Part shown: one piece after another, positions 1 to 13,181 of the stretch
Position numbering within the stretch: the stretch's first letter is position 1
How the letters are laid out: every line of letters begins with the position of its first letter
Source of the DNA: Antedon mediterranea
Taxonomy: Eukaryota > Animalia > Echinodermata
DNA: 64,000 nt
NCBI RefSeq assembly: GCF_964355755.1
Contig: NC_092672.1
Span: 6,076,001 to 6,140,000 of the forward strand
Direction: 5' to 3'
Program-made: the position numbers and the translations under genes
Notes under the pieces: model-generated
Seen by the model: only the letters and a program-made list of their open reading frames with translations
The model's database searches: none
What the model was told of the DNA's origin: nothing

Positions 1-1150
1 TATGATAAACTTAAATACAACAAAATAATATGGGAACAATAAATATTTCTTACCCAATCGCCGAAAATAATCGTTTTTTGCCACGAATGAAGTAAATAAA
101 TTGCGCCCTCAGTAGGAAATTTTATGAACTTTAAAAATTACGGTTTTTAGTAATATATTTTGTATATCAACATTGTAAAATTCAATCAAATATGATATTA
201 CACGTTTATTAAATAAAAAGAGTGTTTATTTAACCTCATTCAAAGAATTTCAATACATTATTTTCCCGTGTGTTGGACATGCAGTACATTGTGACTTCAC
301 TTTGTGTCAAGTCAACCAATCAAAAGATGAGAATCAAACATCGTTTGACCGTGAGCCCTCATAGACTCTCTTTTCTCAGACGTTTTTTTGGGTCCAGTAG
401 CTTGGACCTATCAATTAGTCGAGTTTACAAAATATCAAAAATGTCAGCCATAGCTTTCCACTTGATATAGCTTCTGAATGAGAAGTCCTCTGGGGATAAT
501 AGCCGGCTAAAGCTGCGGCGTGAACAAATGAGTAAAATATGAAAGTCCAATTTTACCAATATAACTTTATTATACCATAATAGAAATATTATAAATAATT
601 AAAGATCCTGACAAAATCAATCAATAGATATTTTATAATTCGTCATAGTGAATCTAGTATTATATGCAATAAGCAATTGTTCTGAAATCATAGTACATCC
701 CTAATGCATTGTCAAAATAAGGTTCTCTGCAAAGTTGTCCTTTAAATGCAACAAAATAATATGTGTAATCAAGATTTAAATTTACCATTGTTTGAAACAT
801 ACAATAATTTGTAACGTTAATTTTTAGAACTAGTTTGAATGTTGATTTATCAAAATGTTATGTGCAACAAATCAGGAAATTCAAAGTTACCATATAAATC
901 TTCACTTTATTATTTCGGTTGCCTTAATGTTCTGATTAGTTGTTAAGCATCCCTCCAATTTGTAACGTGTTACAGTTACAGTTATTGACGGCACACACTA
1001 CATGTGTCGACAGCCTTTGTTTTTACAAAAAGCTTAATAATGAACAGCATGTGGTGCATAATTGGGATACTACCTGTTTGTATTTCTATTTTGAATTGCT
1101 GAAATTTAATCATCTCAGGATTGTGGTAAATTATCTTGTCTATTCTGTTT

Positions 1151-1249
1151 TTAAATAAAATTTCTTTTTGAACAACCAAAAATTAATGTAAGCGAACTTA
1201 CAGTACGTTTTGTTTCGTTTTTGGTTGTTCAAAAAGAAATTTTATTTAA
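1151..1249. repeat. short fold-back (32 bp perfect inverted repeat, 35 bp spacer), MITE-like
   Basis: 1151-1182 ttaaataaaatttctttttgaacaaccaaaaa is the exact reverse complement of 1218-1249. Confidence 0.75.
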
Positions 1250-2773
1250 TACCTTTTTCTACAACCAGATGAAACTCTTCCAATATTCTGTTTTTGTTTT
1301 GCATATATTGATTTGTATTAATCATCCTTGTACTGTAATTTATTCATTTGATTAATCACTCATGTCATCTTCTAAATACAAATTATCATAATCATCATAA
1401 TCAATATTTTTTTCATCAGGATGGATGATGTAGAAGGATGATGTAGATGCAGCTGCATCTGCCATTTTTAATCAAATGTCTACAATTTGTGTTCAATCAA
1501 TTGTGCTCTGATCTGTGTCTGAACGGTCCACTTTGGTGAAAAATAATTAAAAGCTATATGTGGATTTCACTGTTTACATTTCACCATGCATTTCTGTAGT
1601 ATTTGTTAAAAACCAATGAACCATTAGTTCATTATCATCCTTGCCATTTGATTGGTAGATTTCATGTCACATGGTATTGGCTATTTTGTTTATAAAGCTT
1701 ATTGTGTTTCGATGGTAACAAATGACATACATTGTTGTTGAATGTTATCATAACAATAGAGAAAAGCTATCTAAAATATTAATAAGCGTAATAGAAGTTA
1801 TTGGCAAAAATGAATGTTTGAATTGAATGGAGAAAATACAGTATGATTAGATTGGCAAAATAGTCTTAAATATATATTTTTATGAGTTGAATACAGTATT
1901 GTGTTTATTGTGTTTCGATGGTAACAAATTAATACTGTTATTATTATTCTATTATGTTTATGTAGCCTAGCTAGCTCAGAACCGCACACAGGTCTCACTG
2001 AGTTTTGTAATGTTAACCAGCAGAACGTACATGGTGTATTTTCTCCCCTCACTTTATCTGACCCCCTCCCCTCCCTTTCACCTTTCAATTAAATATATTA
2101 CAATTTTTCTGTCATTCTTTTTTTAATGTGTAATATTTCTTCCATCTTTCGTTGATTGGTTAGTGGATAATCAAGGTTCACTTAATTATATTACATATAA
2201 TATACGATATAACCCTTCAATTTGATACAACCCTTCTTATTAGAGGTCACTTATTTAAAGTAATCCCTCCATAACTAAGATAAATTTACGGTCAAAGACT
2301 CTGAAATCGTTTTCTAGTACAGTTAAATCTGTCATAAATGGAAAACTTGTCTGAAATAAACGTTGATGGAAAACGAGAGGCTCAGATAATAGAGGGCCAC
2401 ACACTTTATGCTCTTTATGTCCGCTGAAGAACTATTTATTAGTTTTTAGTTAGACACTTGTGGGAAGTAAATAAATGTTGTGCAAAACCAAAATTGTAAA
2501 TGAAAATGTGTTCGTGACTTCTTATGGGAGGTGGATAGACATATTTAACAGGCTTTTTGAGAGTCCAATCACTTTCAGTTTTACTGCCCACAACTTCTCT
2601 CTTCATATCATAAATTACACTATTTGTTATGCATTCTGTATGCTTGTGTCTTCCATGATTCCTTTTTTCTCTGATGGCCAGTTTTCTTTCTCTTTTCTTT
2701 TTTCTTTCTTTCTTCTTTATTTCTGTATTTACTTTAGAGAGGCCTTTACCCTGAAGTGGGTTGAAAATGGCTA

Positions 2774-5700
2774 TAGTAGAGCAGTTAACGCCATAAAAAT
2801 AGCCAAGTTGTGCACTTTATTACCAAAGCATGAAACATGCCACAAAGTTTCTTTGATGTGTATAGATTCAAAATATCGGGGGGTGCCAAGTGTCCAACGT
2901 CCGGTATGGCGGCCATCTTGATTTCAAAATGGCCACCATAAAAACAAAAAGTGTTCATATCTTGGCAACTATAAACAGTAGAGACTTGATTCTGGTGTTA
3001 AATTGTTCACAAACCACATATTTCTATTTGTTCTAATGAAAAGTTTCGTAAAAAAATGACCGGAAATGACGTTTCTTCCAGTTTGACCTTTGACCTCTTA
3101 TCTGTATATCTCGGTAACTACTGATCATTTTCAATCGATTTTGGTGTCATTTTGTTCAGAATGGAGACATTTATATTTGTAGTAATGAAACATTTTCACA
3201 TAAAATGACTGGAAATACAATTTATAACCTTTGACATATATAATTATGTGAACATATTGTATGTGGTTTACATTGATATAATGCACTTAATTTTTTTTAC
3301 CGAAATAAATGACACTTAATGAAAAAATGACCAGGAATTATTCTGAATTTTTTACTTTTGATGTGATAGGATAGGCGTAAAGTATGACAGATCACTGAGA
3401 AACATCAATCACTGAGCTCATCTATGCCGACTTGTTTGCTAAACTGTGATGTGTCAATCGTTAGATAAAAGTTTTGGTCCTCTCTCCTCCATCTTTTCTT
3501 TTTTTTTTTTAATGTATTATACCATATGGACAATTGTCTGAAATAAAAGTTGAATTGAATTGTTAGATGCCATTTGGAAATATTTTTTCGTTGGCCTCTT
3601 TGATGTTGCATATGAGACAAGTTCGGAAAGTTCTCATTTTCACGAGTTAAGAGAACACCGTCTTTCAAAGTACTTACTACAAACTTATCCTGCATTTGTG
3701 CAGTAGACCTACTTTCATTAGTCCGAAACTCAGATAATTCTTGTTCATTTTCGTTGCATCTAAAAAAATGTACTCCATTTTTATGGTAATGGGCCTTTGC
3801 TGTAAACCATCTGAATCCTTTTCCTCGATTTTCTCTAGTCATTGATTTTTTAGCAAAATCCGAACCAAATCAATTCGTAAAAGACATCTCAATATAATTA
3901 TTCAAGTAATCCTCAAATTAGTGACATGGACCTACAATATACTGTTCTGTACAAGACCTTTTTAGGCATCCACCTGTGGACTTTCACTTTGAAGGTCTTG
4001 GTCTCCTAATCATACAAGAAACAATGTCTGATTTAATCAATCATAGTAGTGGGTCCAGACAAAGAAGGGGGTGTAAGACCATCCACAGACAAAGAAGGGG
4101 TATAAGACCATCCACAGACAAAGAAGGGGGTGTAAGACCATCCACAGACAAAGAAGGGGGTGTACGACCATCCACACACAAAGAAGGGGGTATAAGACCA
4201 TCCACAGACAAAGAAAGGGGTGTAAGGCCATCTACAGACAAAGAAGGGGGTGTAGGACCATCCACAGACAAAGAAGGGGGTGTAAGACCATCCACAGACA
4301 AAGAAGGGGGTGTAAGACCATCCACAGACAAAGAAGGGTGTAGGACCATCCACAGACAAAGAAGGGGGTGTAGGACTATCCACAGACAAAGAAGAGGGTG
4401 TAAGACCATCCACTGACAAAGAAAGTGGTATAGGACCACTTACAGACAAAGAAGGGGATATAAGACCATCCACAGACAAAGAAGGGGGTATAAGACCATC
4501 CACAGACAAAGAAGGGGGTGTAGGACCATCCACAGACAAAGAAGGGGGTGTAAGACCGTCCACAGACAAAGAAGGGGATGTAAGACCATCCACAGACAAA
4601 GAAGTGGGTATAAGACCATCCACAGACAAAGAAGGGGGTATAAGACCATCCACAGACAAATAAGGGGTATAAGACCATCCACAGACAAAGAAGGGGGTAT
4701 AAGACCATCCACAGAGAAAGAAGGGGTGTAAGACCATCCACAGACAAAGAAAGGGTGTAAGACCATCCACACACAAAGAAAGGGGTGTAAGACCATCCAC
4801 ACAAAAAAAAAGGGTGTAATACCATCAACAGACAAAGAAAGGGGGTATAAGACCATCCACAGACAAAGAAGGGGGTATAAGACCATCCACAGACAAAGAA
4901 GGGGTGTAAGACCATCTACAGACAAAGAAAGGGGTGTAAGACCATCCACACACAAATAAAGGGGTGTAAGACCGTCCACAGACAAAGAAGGGGATGTAAG
5001 ACCATCCACAGACAAAGAAGTGGGTATAAGACCATCCACAGACAAAGAAGTGGGTATAAGACCATCCACAGACAAAAAAGGGGGTGTAGGACCATCCACA
5101 GACAAATAAGGGGGTATAAGACCATCCACAGACAAAGAAAGGGGGTATAAGACTATCTACAGACAAAGAAGGAGGGGTAGGACCATATTAACCGAGGAAG
5201 CATACAAAAAGAAGATGCAATCAAAATAGGCCTACCACTTGGAAAACAATAAATTGTAGAATAACTGAGGCTTGATTGTTGAAATATAAAGGGTTCTTTG
5301 TAAGGTCATTAATAATATATTGATATAAACACGATCATCATACTATTCATTTGACATTCAAATACAGTCTATCTCGAAAAGAAGCTCATGAATACTATCA
5401 CCTTTTCGAGGTTTTACGGTATTCCATAACATGTATCTTATTTCCTCTGTCAAACTATTAAAACTTTTAGCGAATCAGAAGGTGGCAACATCATTGAACT
5501 AATGGTACCACCCAGCACATTGTTTACCAATTTTATGTAACATATACAATTTAAGTCCATTAATCATTTAATATAATTACGCCTATCAGGTCAAAGTTCA
5601 AAATTAGATGCATTTAAGACCAAACCAAACCCACATACAGTATATTCACATAATTAAAAATCAATAAATAAATGTCAAAGGTCATAAATTGTATTTCCGG

Positions 5701-6125
5701 TCATTTTATGTGAAAATGTTTCATTACTACAAATATAAATGTATTTATTCTGAACAAAATGACACCAAAATCGATTGAAAATGACCAGTAGTTACAGAGA
5801 TATACAAATACGAGGTCAAAGGTCAAACTGAAAGAAACGTCATTTCCGGTCATTTTTTGACGAAAATTTTCATTAGAGCAAATAGCAATATATAGTTTGT
5901 GAACAATTTGAGACCAGAATTAAGTCTCTAATGTGTATAGTTGCCAAGATATGAACATTTTTTGTTTTTATGGTGGCCATTTTGAAATCAAGATGGCCGC
6001 CATACCGGACGTTGGACACTTGGCACCCCCTGATATTTTGAATCTATATATATTAAAGAAACTTTGTGCCAAGTTTCGTGCTTTGGTAATAAAATGCACA
6101 GCTCATGTCACTAACTGCTCTACTA
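2774..6125. mobile_element. Academ-like DNA transposon, non-autonomous or degraded, ~450 bp TIRs
   Basis: Termini tagtagagcagtta...taactgctctacta with a 3 bp CTA duplication (2771-2773, 6126-6128). 2774-~3237 is the inverted complement of ~5672-6125. Weak minus-strand transposase-like remnants (AHYH in ORF 3405-3842; CNIKEANEKI near 3580-3615, reminiscent of the HEEAD motif). TAG..CTA ends, long TIRs and a 3 bp TSD fit Academ; the superfamily call is inference. Confidence 0.7.
4056..5186. repeat. 30 bp minisatellite (gaccatccacagacaaagaagggggtgtaa)n
   Basis: Directly visible tandem array inside the Academ-like element; it explains all overlapping ORFs at 3976-5166. Confidence 0.97.
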
Positions 6126-6293
6126 CTAGTATAGTGATGATGATAATGATTTAGTTTGTTACAAAATGTGTTTTTCTGTGTATATATTACAGTATAATTG
6201 TTTTCTCCTGTTTTTTTGTTAATTAGGTAGTTAAATATAGTGAAAGAGAAATTCTTTTTTTTAGCTTAATTAAAAGAAGTAATATGTTATAAT

Positions 6294-7233
6294 GGAGTGG
6301 AGGTGTAGCTTGGGGAGTGGAGCTTTAGATTGTGGAGTGGAGCTGTAGCTTGGGGAGTGGAGCTGTAGCTTGTGGAGTGGAGCTGTAGCTTGTGGAGTGG
6401 AGCTGTAGCTTGTGGAGTGGAGCTGTAGCTTGGGGAGTGGAGCTGTAGCTTGTGGAGTGGAGCTGTAGCTTGTGGAGTGGAGCTGTAGCTTGGGGAGTGG
6501 AGCTGTAGCTTGTGGAGTGGAGCTGTAGTTTGGGGAGTGGAGCTGTAGTTTGGAGAGTGGAGCTGTAGTTTGGAGAGTGGAGCTGTAGCTTGGGGAGTGG
6601 AGCTGTAGCTTGGGGAGTGGAGCTGTAGCTTGTGGAGTGGAGCTGTAGCTTGTGGAGTGGAGCTGTAGCTTGTGGAGTGGAGCTGTAGCTTGTGGAGTGG
6701 AGCTGTAACTTGGTGAGTGGAGCTGTAACTTGGTGAGTGGAGCTGTAACTTGGTGAGTGGAGCTGTAGCTTGGGGAGTGGAGCTGTAGCTTGGTGAGTGG
6801 AGCTGTAGCTTGGGGAGTGGAGCTGTAGCTTGGGGAGTGGAGCTGTAGCTTGTGGAGTGGAGCTGTAGCTTGTGGAGTGGAGCTGTAGCTTGGTGAGTGG
6901 AGCTGTAGCTTGGTGAGTGGAGCTGTAGCTTGGTGAGTGGAGCTGTAGCTTGGTGAGTGGAGCTGTAGCTTGGTGAGTGGAGCTGTAGCTTGGTGAGTGG
7001 AGCTGTAGCTTGGTGAGTGGAGCTGTAGCTTGGTGAGTGGAGCTGTAGCTTGGTGAGTGGAGCTGTAGCTTGGTGAGTGGAGCTGTAGCTTGGTGAGTGG
7101 AGCTGTAGCTTGGTGAGTGGAGCTGTAGCTTGGTGAGTGGAACTGTAGCTTGGGAAGTGGAGCTGTAGCTTGGGGAGTGGAGCTGTAGCTTGGGGAGTGG
7201 AGCTGTAGCTTGGGGAGTGGAGCTGTAGTTTGG
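6294..7233. repeat. 20 bp minisatellite (ggagtggagctgtagcttgN)n
   Basis: Directly visible tandem array with variant units in blocks; it accounts for most of ORF 6287-7303. Confidence 0.97.
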
Positions 7234-7338
7234 TGGTTTGCTTGGCTACCAATGCCAGTGTACTGTGTTCAGATGCCAGGAATTTGTTCTCATGAGAGTA
7301 CAACTCCCAAAGACTTGTAAGACTTTGTTTGTGTAGAG

Positions 7339-7363
7339 CAGGGAGCTAATTAACAACTCCCTG
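7339..7363. mobile_element. 25 bp TIR remnant with 8 bp TSD (P-like excision scar)
   Basis: gtgtagag|cagggagctaattaacaactccctg|gtgtagag. Confidence 0.7.
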
Positions 7364-8779
7364 GTGTAGAGCATCTTATGTATATGTCTGTCTTTGTTTA
7401 AGAAGGAGGCCGCTTTATTAACCATGATGCCATAGCTGTGTTGCTATCTGGCCTCTCCAGGAGACTTGTCTCCAACCTGTCATAATAAAAAAAAAATAAC
7501 AAAAAGGAAATCTAGATAAAATCAATAATCAAATGTAAAACTTGTTTGTAATTGACAAAATAATCATTAGCATACATACAGTAGTAAATGTTTATTGTTG
7601 ACAATAGAGTTGACAATTTTTTTTATGGTACCTACCACGTACCTACATTGTTGTATAATAGGAAATAATAACAAAAAAATTGATGATCAATATATAATTT
7701 AAACAACATCTTCCAACTATATTATTTGATCAAACTCACTTCATTTATAGTTTTAAGATGTTGTTTTCAAAATCAATAAAGATTTTTATTATCTTTATTA
7801 TCTATCATAAATAATTGAGCAGAAGTCAATAGACATACTATGTGGATGTACTTTCCTCAATAGCCACGTTCACATAAGATTTTATCGTGCTTTCGTATCG
7901 TGATATTGAATATCACGTTAACAGGAAGAGCGTTCACATAGAATTTAACATTGTGATATTATTGTTTTTGTTTTATTTTAGTTTTATTATAGTATTTGTT
8001 TATTTTTAGCTCAGTTGAGTCAGAATATTTTAATGAAACAGACATGTCTGACTATCACCTCATAATCAATTCAATTGGATGTAACTACTGTTTTGGTCAT
8101 TTGTAGTTCAAGTCCATATAAATTGCATTTAACTTATGTAACCAATAAGGTATCGCAATATATGCCTACACTGCTGTACACATCTTAGGATATATCATCA
8201 TCATCATTATTATCTTCGTTATCATTGTCATAATCATCAACTTTGTAATATAGGCCTAAAGTAGTCATACAATAATGTTTAAACTTTGTTTATTACTTTA
8301 AATTAAATTTAATTACTTTATTAGTAATCCAGTGAGTTATATATTACAACAATTTCAGTTCTATAAATAAATAAGCTAAACAATGGAGAATTAAGTTGTT
8401 GTCAACTTATTTCTCCATGATGTAAACCAATTGATATTTATAATTGTTGTAATATTCCATAATACTACAGTATATTACCATATGAATATCCTGTTGGATT
8501 CATTGTTACCGTTAATTTTTCAAAATTACTTTTATATTATGAACAATTTTAGTTATATACACAATTAATGAACATAGTAAAATACTGGACTATATAATAA
8601 TCTAATGTATGAAAAATTAATAAAATTAACACAATTCAATATTTAAATCCAATATTTCAATATGTTTGTAATATTGAAAATAGTTTTTTAAATAAATGTT
8701 TAAGGAAAATAAATACAGAATATACAGAAACTTTATTGGTCTCGCATAAAACATTGCTAAACACTGTTTATATATTAAA

Positions 8780-9124
8780 GATGTATTGTCACCCAAAAAC
8801 ATGAAAAATAAAGATTAATAAAATCACTTCGAATAGATTATTTTGTCATTTTAATAAAGTTAATAATCACTTCCATAGAAAAAAAAGCGAAAAAATAATG
8901 TTTTCACTTATAAAAGACAAAATATATGGTTAAATTCAACCAAAAATCCATTGGCTGGTAGCCAATTTGACTATTTTTTGCTTTAAATTACTGTTTTTTT
9001 CAGGTAAATACATTTTTTTTCCGATCTAATTTGTTGTCAAAGTGGATAACTATTATGTGACATTAAAATGGCATATTCAAGAGAAAATGTTTTAATAATT
9101 ATTTTTTCAGGAGGACAATTCATT
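8780..9124. mobile_element. Kolobok-like MITE (degenerate copy)
   Basis: Starts ttaa-agatgtattgtc and ends gacaattcattt-ttaa; same family as 22293-22792. Confidence 0.55.
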
Positions 9125-11810
9125 TTTAAATGGATGGTAAACAAAACAAGTTTCATACTACAGTTTTACTATAGTTTGGTATTGATGCAAACATTATTAC
9201 CAATTTACCAATCTTTCTCATACCTTACAGAGATTCTATGTATCTGATTGGTTAAAACTTGTTTGATTGAACCGTTTTACTGCCCTCAACTTCTCTTTTC
9301 ATCAATTACACTTTTTTAGGCCTTCTGTATGCTTGTTGCTAATATTATGATTTTTCTCTGATGGTCTAGCATTAATTTTAGAATTCATGAATTGCTATAA
9401 AGTTTGTTACTTGTATATGGTCTGTTATCTGATTGAAATCACCGTCCACCAACTGTTTTGTAGTGTTTTGCCAATGCATGTGTGTAGCTAAGTTTATTAA
9501 AATCTCTTCTTTTTTCTTCTGGTGCATTAGCTTCTTTGTCTTCTTCTTTAATACCCCTTAGATTAAATATTTGTTTACCATGACATGAAATTACGATAAA
9601 ATCTTTCAAAAATATTGTGCGGTCTTTTAAATGGTCAATAGGTAATTATCTCTTCCTCCACCCCCTCAACTTTAAATTGATCATGAAACATGTATTTTTT
9701 TTTACTTTTTACCAATACCTTAAATTTTATGCCTCCAATTATGCAATGATAACTTTCTTTTAAATTCTGAGGCAAGATTTAGTTAAAATTCTTCACAGCA
9801 TATGATATCAGATTACTTTTTCATTTTTATTATTGTATTAACTGTGTTATTGTTGTTTAGTAAGCTTTTAGGTCATCAACCACGTACAAGCCTTTTGTTG
9901 GTGGACCTTTTTGTCATTTATTGTATTTTGTTCTATTTTTTTATCTTCATTGTCATTATATCGTCATTATCTCCATTAGGTCATTGTCATCTTCATTATG
10001 TCATCTTCATTATTATTATAACATCTTCATTATTATTATGACATCATCTCATCTTCTTTACAAACTGCTTCATGTTGGTAAAGAGATAAGTCTTCATCAT
10101 CAACTTCATATTCATTGTACATATCCTTTTCATCATTCATCCTCATAATGTAAATTACACAAATACAGTTTAACTAGATCATTTATACTTTATTAGTCTG
10201 AAACAATCAGTAAAATGTGTCACAATTCATTACTGGAATAGAAAGCTAACTATATGTAAACTACTAACAAATGTATTTTATACAGTTCATTACAAGCAAT
10301 TATAAATGTTAATATTACAATAATGAAAATTGTGTTTCAATTTTAAAACAATTTAACATTTACTATGTATCTCTAATTATTTTAAATTCTAAATTGCTTT
10401 TATATTCTGACAAATTATGGTTTAATATCTATGTTTGTTTCACAATATGATTGATAAAGTAAAAATTAATGTAACTATGCTACTATAAACTCTTAAAACG
10501 ATATTACTAGAACAGCCTATTGAAAGAGATATACTTAATTGCATAAACAAAATATTACTTAAACCAGGTATTCAAATATGTATATTAAAAACCAAAGCAA
10601 ATTAAGACCAATATATAGCATACATAATGATAGAGAAAACAGTTTGATATTGATAGAAAATATGAACTTAAACACAACAAATAATAAATTCAAATATTTA
10701 CAGTGTATTCAAAGCAAAGCCAATTACCCATAATTAATTATATATTTAAAACTCGTAAATAAAATTAAAAGTAATAATAGAAATGCTGTATTATTCCTTA
10801 TATCCTAGACATGTCATTGGTTAAAACTAAAAACTTAATTTTACTGCAGTCCCTTTTTTTTCTATTTATCTTGTTGCTCGGGATAAACTGCATGCTCATC
10901 TTCATCTTGATGACATAATCATTTGTCATCGTTTTTTAATCATTTGATAGTTTTTCATTTATTTTTGGACTCAATGTTTTACATTCTATTCCTATTCATG
11001 GTGGACTTGGTGACAATTTGGTCTTTTGAAAACAATTAAAATAGCTGTTAACATCTATGTACTGTATAGTACTATTTATAATTCTTGTGCTAATTATTTT
11101 ACTACAATTGTAGTGAAAACTGGTTATGGAAACAATCAATGGTCTTCAAGCAAAGTTATTTCAAGAAATTATTCAATTATATTTTTATTTTTGTTTTTAC
11201 AAATTATTTTTAATTATTCAAAATAATTTGCATTATGCCTTTCAAGAATATTTTAGATTAGTATATATTACAAAGACTATCTGTAAAGTCCACCAGACAT
11301 AAAGGACTGAAGCATCAAGCGTCATGTCAATTGACACCTAATTTCTCTTTCCAGATTCCACAAATCTCATCAAAGCACATTGTAGGGCCTGGGTAAGCTA
11401 GTCTCTCTAAATTAGTACAGTCTGCTGCTTCACAGGAATATATTTTAACTTTTTTGGTTATTGGCATATCCATGCTTTAATGTTATATTGACTGCTAACA
11501 TGTTGCAACTCATTTTCATAACAATTTATGTCTTGTGCCATTGGTTAAATTTATCAAACAGAAAAGAAAATTATATTCATGCATTGCATATAACTTAATA
11601 AAGTTGGTTTGTTTGTTTTAAATAATTTTTGTGATCTAAATGCTGAATTCAGTAATTTTCTTGTTGTCGCCATAAACATAGTTAACTAAGTTGAAGGATG
11701 TTAATAAATTCTGTAATTGTGTCATGATCTGCTTCTGTTACGACCTTCAGCAGGTGTTTCTTTCGAATTAAATGCTGAATTCAGTAATGTTGTTGTTGCC
11801 ATAAACACAT

Positions 11811-12794
11811 TTACATACTATTTTCAAGGATTTCACTAAAAGCTAAAATTGTGTCATGATCTGCTTCTGTTATGACCTTAAGCAGGTGTTTCTTTCCACA
11901 TTTATTTTCATCATTACCTGTCTCTGCATCTTTTGCTTTCTCTAAATCTGTTGCTGCCTGAAGGAGGACATCAGGCAGATGTAGTTTTTTACAAACACTT
12001 TCTGTTGGTTTTTCTTGGGACGTTTTGATATGTTTAAATTCATCTAGATTCAGGTCTGAAATCAATTTAAGCAGGTGGCGTTGGTCATATGCTAATTTAA
12101 TATCCATCTTTGGGACTGTAACTTTTAGCATTTTGTTAACATCTAATGAATTCAATGTTACTTTCAATTCATCTGAAGATGAGACGATAAAATAATCCAA
12201 ATTCTTTTTGCCCTTACGACATCCTTTTGGATCTGTAGCTGCTACTACAAAATCTTTGCTATCTTTCAACCAATCTTGTGCTTCATCTGAAGTAATGTTG
12301 AAATTGCCACCAATTACTAAATGGTCTGCAGGTTGTTTGTTTTTCTTGGCAAATTCCATGAGCTGTACAAAATCTGATTTTTTCATATCATTACTTGGAG
12401 AATTCTGTCGACCATGCCATGATATTGCTATTATAGTATGATCGATTTTTGACGTTACCTTTTGCGCACACATACGGTCTTTTATTCCATCAGGAACTTC
12501 ATTCATTTGTTCAATTGCTTCTTTAGTTGCAAGTGTTTTTTTTACAAATATGCTTTTGAATGAACGAGGAATATTTGTATTGAACTGATCATTGTGGGTA
12601 TCGTTAAACTGATCACGAAAGTTTTCATTTGGTACTTGCTGCAAAAACAATATATCTGAATTTTTTAACATATCGTTTTCTAAAGCCTTTTTACCTAGTT
12701 TCGCTATTTGACACACATCAAAAGTAGTCATATTTAGAATTTTTTCATCAATTTTAAATGTAGCATATACAGGATTGTGATTAAAATAGCCCAT
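11811..12794 (-). CDS. EEP (exonuclease-endonuclease-phosphatase)-fold protein, probably catalytically altered, with a possible C-terminal death-fold region (327 aa)
   Basis: Non-repetitive 984 bp ORF in AT-rich DNA. EEP-like motifs TTFDV, DILFLQQ, ISWHG, VIGGNFN and LDYFIV, plus FNHNPV at the N-terminus. Candidate upstream acceptor at 13062-13063 (ttttattttag) and donor at 15661-15666 (gtgagt) suggest a non-coding first exon. Confidence 0.7.
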   Translation of the reverse strand: MGYFNHNPVYATFKIDEKILNMTTFDVCQIAKLGKKALENDMLKNSDILFLQQVPNENFRDQFNDTHNDQFNTNIPRSFKSIFVKKTLATKEAIEQMNEVPDGIKDRMCAQKVTSKIDHTIIAISWHGRQNSPSNDMKKSDFVQLMEFAKKNKQPADHLVIGGNFNITSDEAQDWLKDSKDFVVAATDPKGCRKGKKNLDYFIVSSSDELKVTLNSLDVNKMLKVTVPKMDIKLAYDQRHLLKLISDLNLDEFKHIKTSQEKPTESVCKKLHLPDVLLQAATDLEKAKDAETGNDENKCGKKHLLKVITEADHDTILAFSEILENSM

Positions 12795-13181
12795 TATTTC
12801 AGGTACAGTATAATAAAAAGAAATTACAGTAATACTTTAGTAATCAATAAAATTATTATTTAATAATTATTATAAAAGAAATATATAATATAATTCAATA
12901 ATTATATATGAGAACAATAATACAGTAGTTAATTGTGAGTAGAATGTTCCCCTTTAATTTTTTCAAGTTCTAGTGCCAATTGTTTTTCATCCACTAAAGT
13001 GTATTGTAGACGGTCTACGTGCTGCCTTTGTTAACCAATTATTACTCTGAATGTCCAAAATCTAAAATAAAACAAACATACAACAGTGATGAAAGTTATA
13101 TGTATTGTATAGATACAAAAACAGTATATTTCAACTTTGTGCAATATATAAAAATTAATTTGAAATGATATGATGATGAAA

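Noticed and set aside
1-508. Possible terminal repeat of another long-TIR transposon ending ...gccggcta
   Set aside because: The partner end is not in the window, so it cannot be supported.
3976-5166. Multiple long overlapping ORFs
   Set aside because: All derive from a stop-poor 30 bp minisatellite; no non-repetitive coding context.
6287-7303. 338 aa mucin-like ORF
   Set aside because: The 20 bp unit cycles through frames, the start is not ATG and upstream in-frame stops exist; best explained as a minisatellite.
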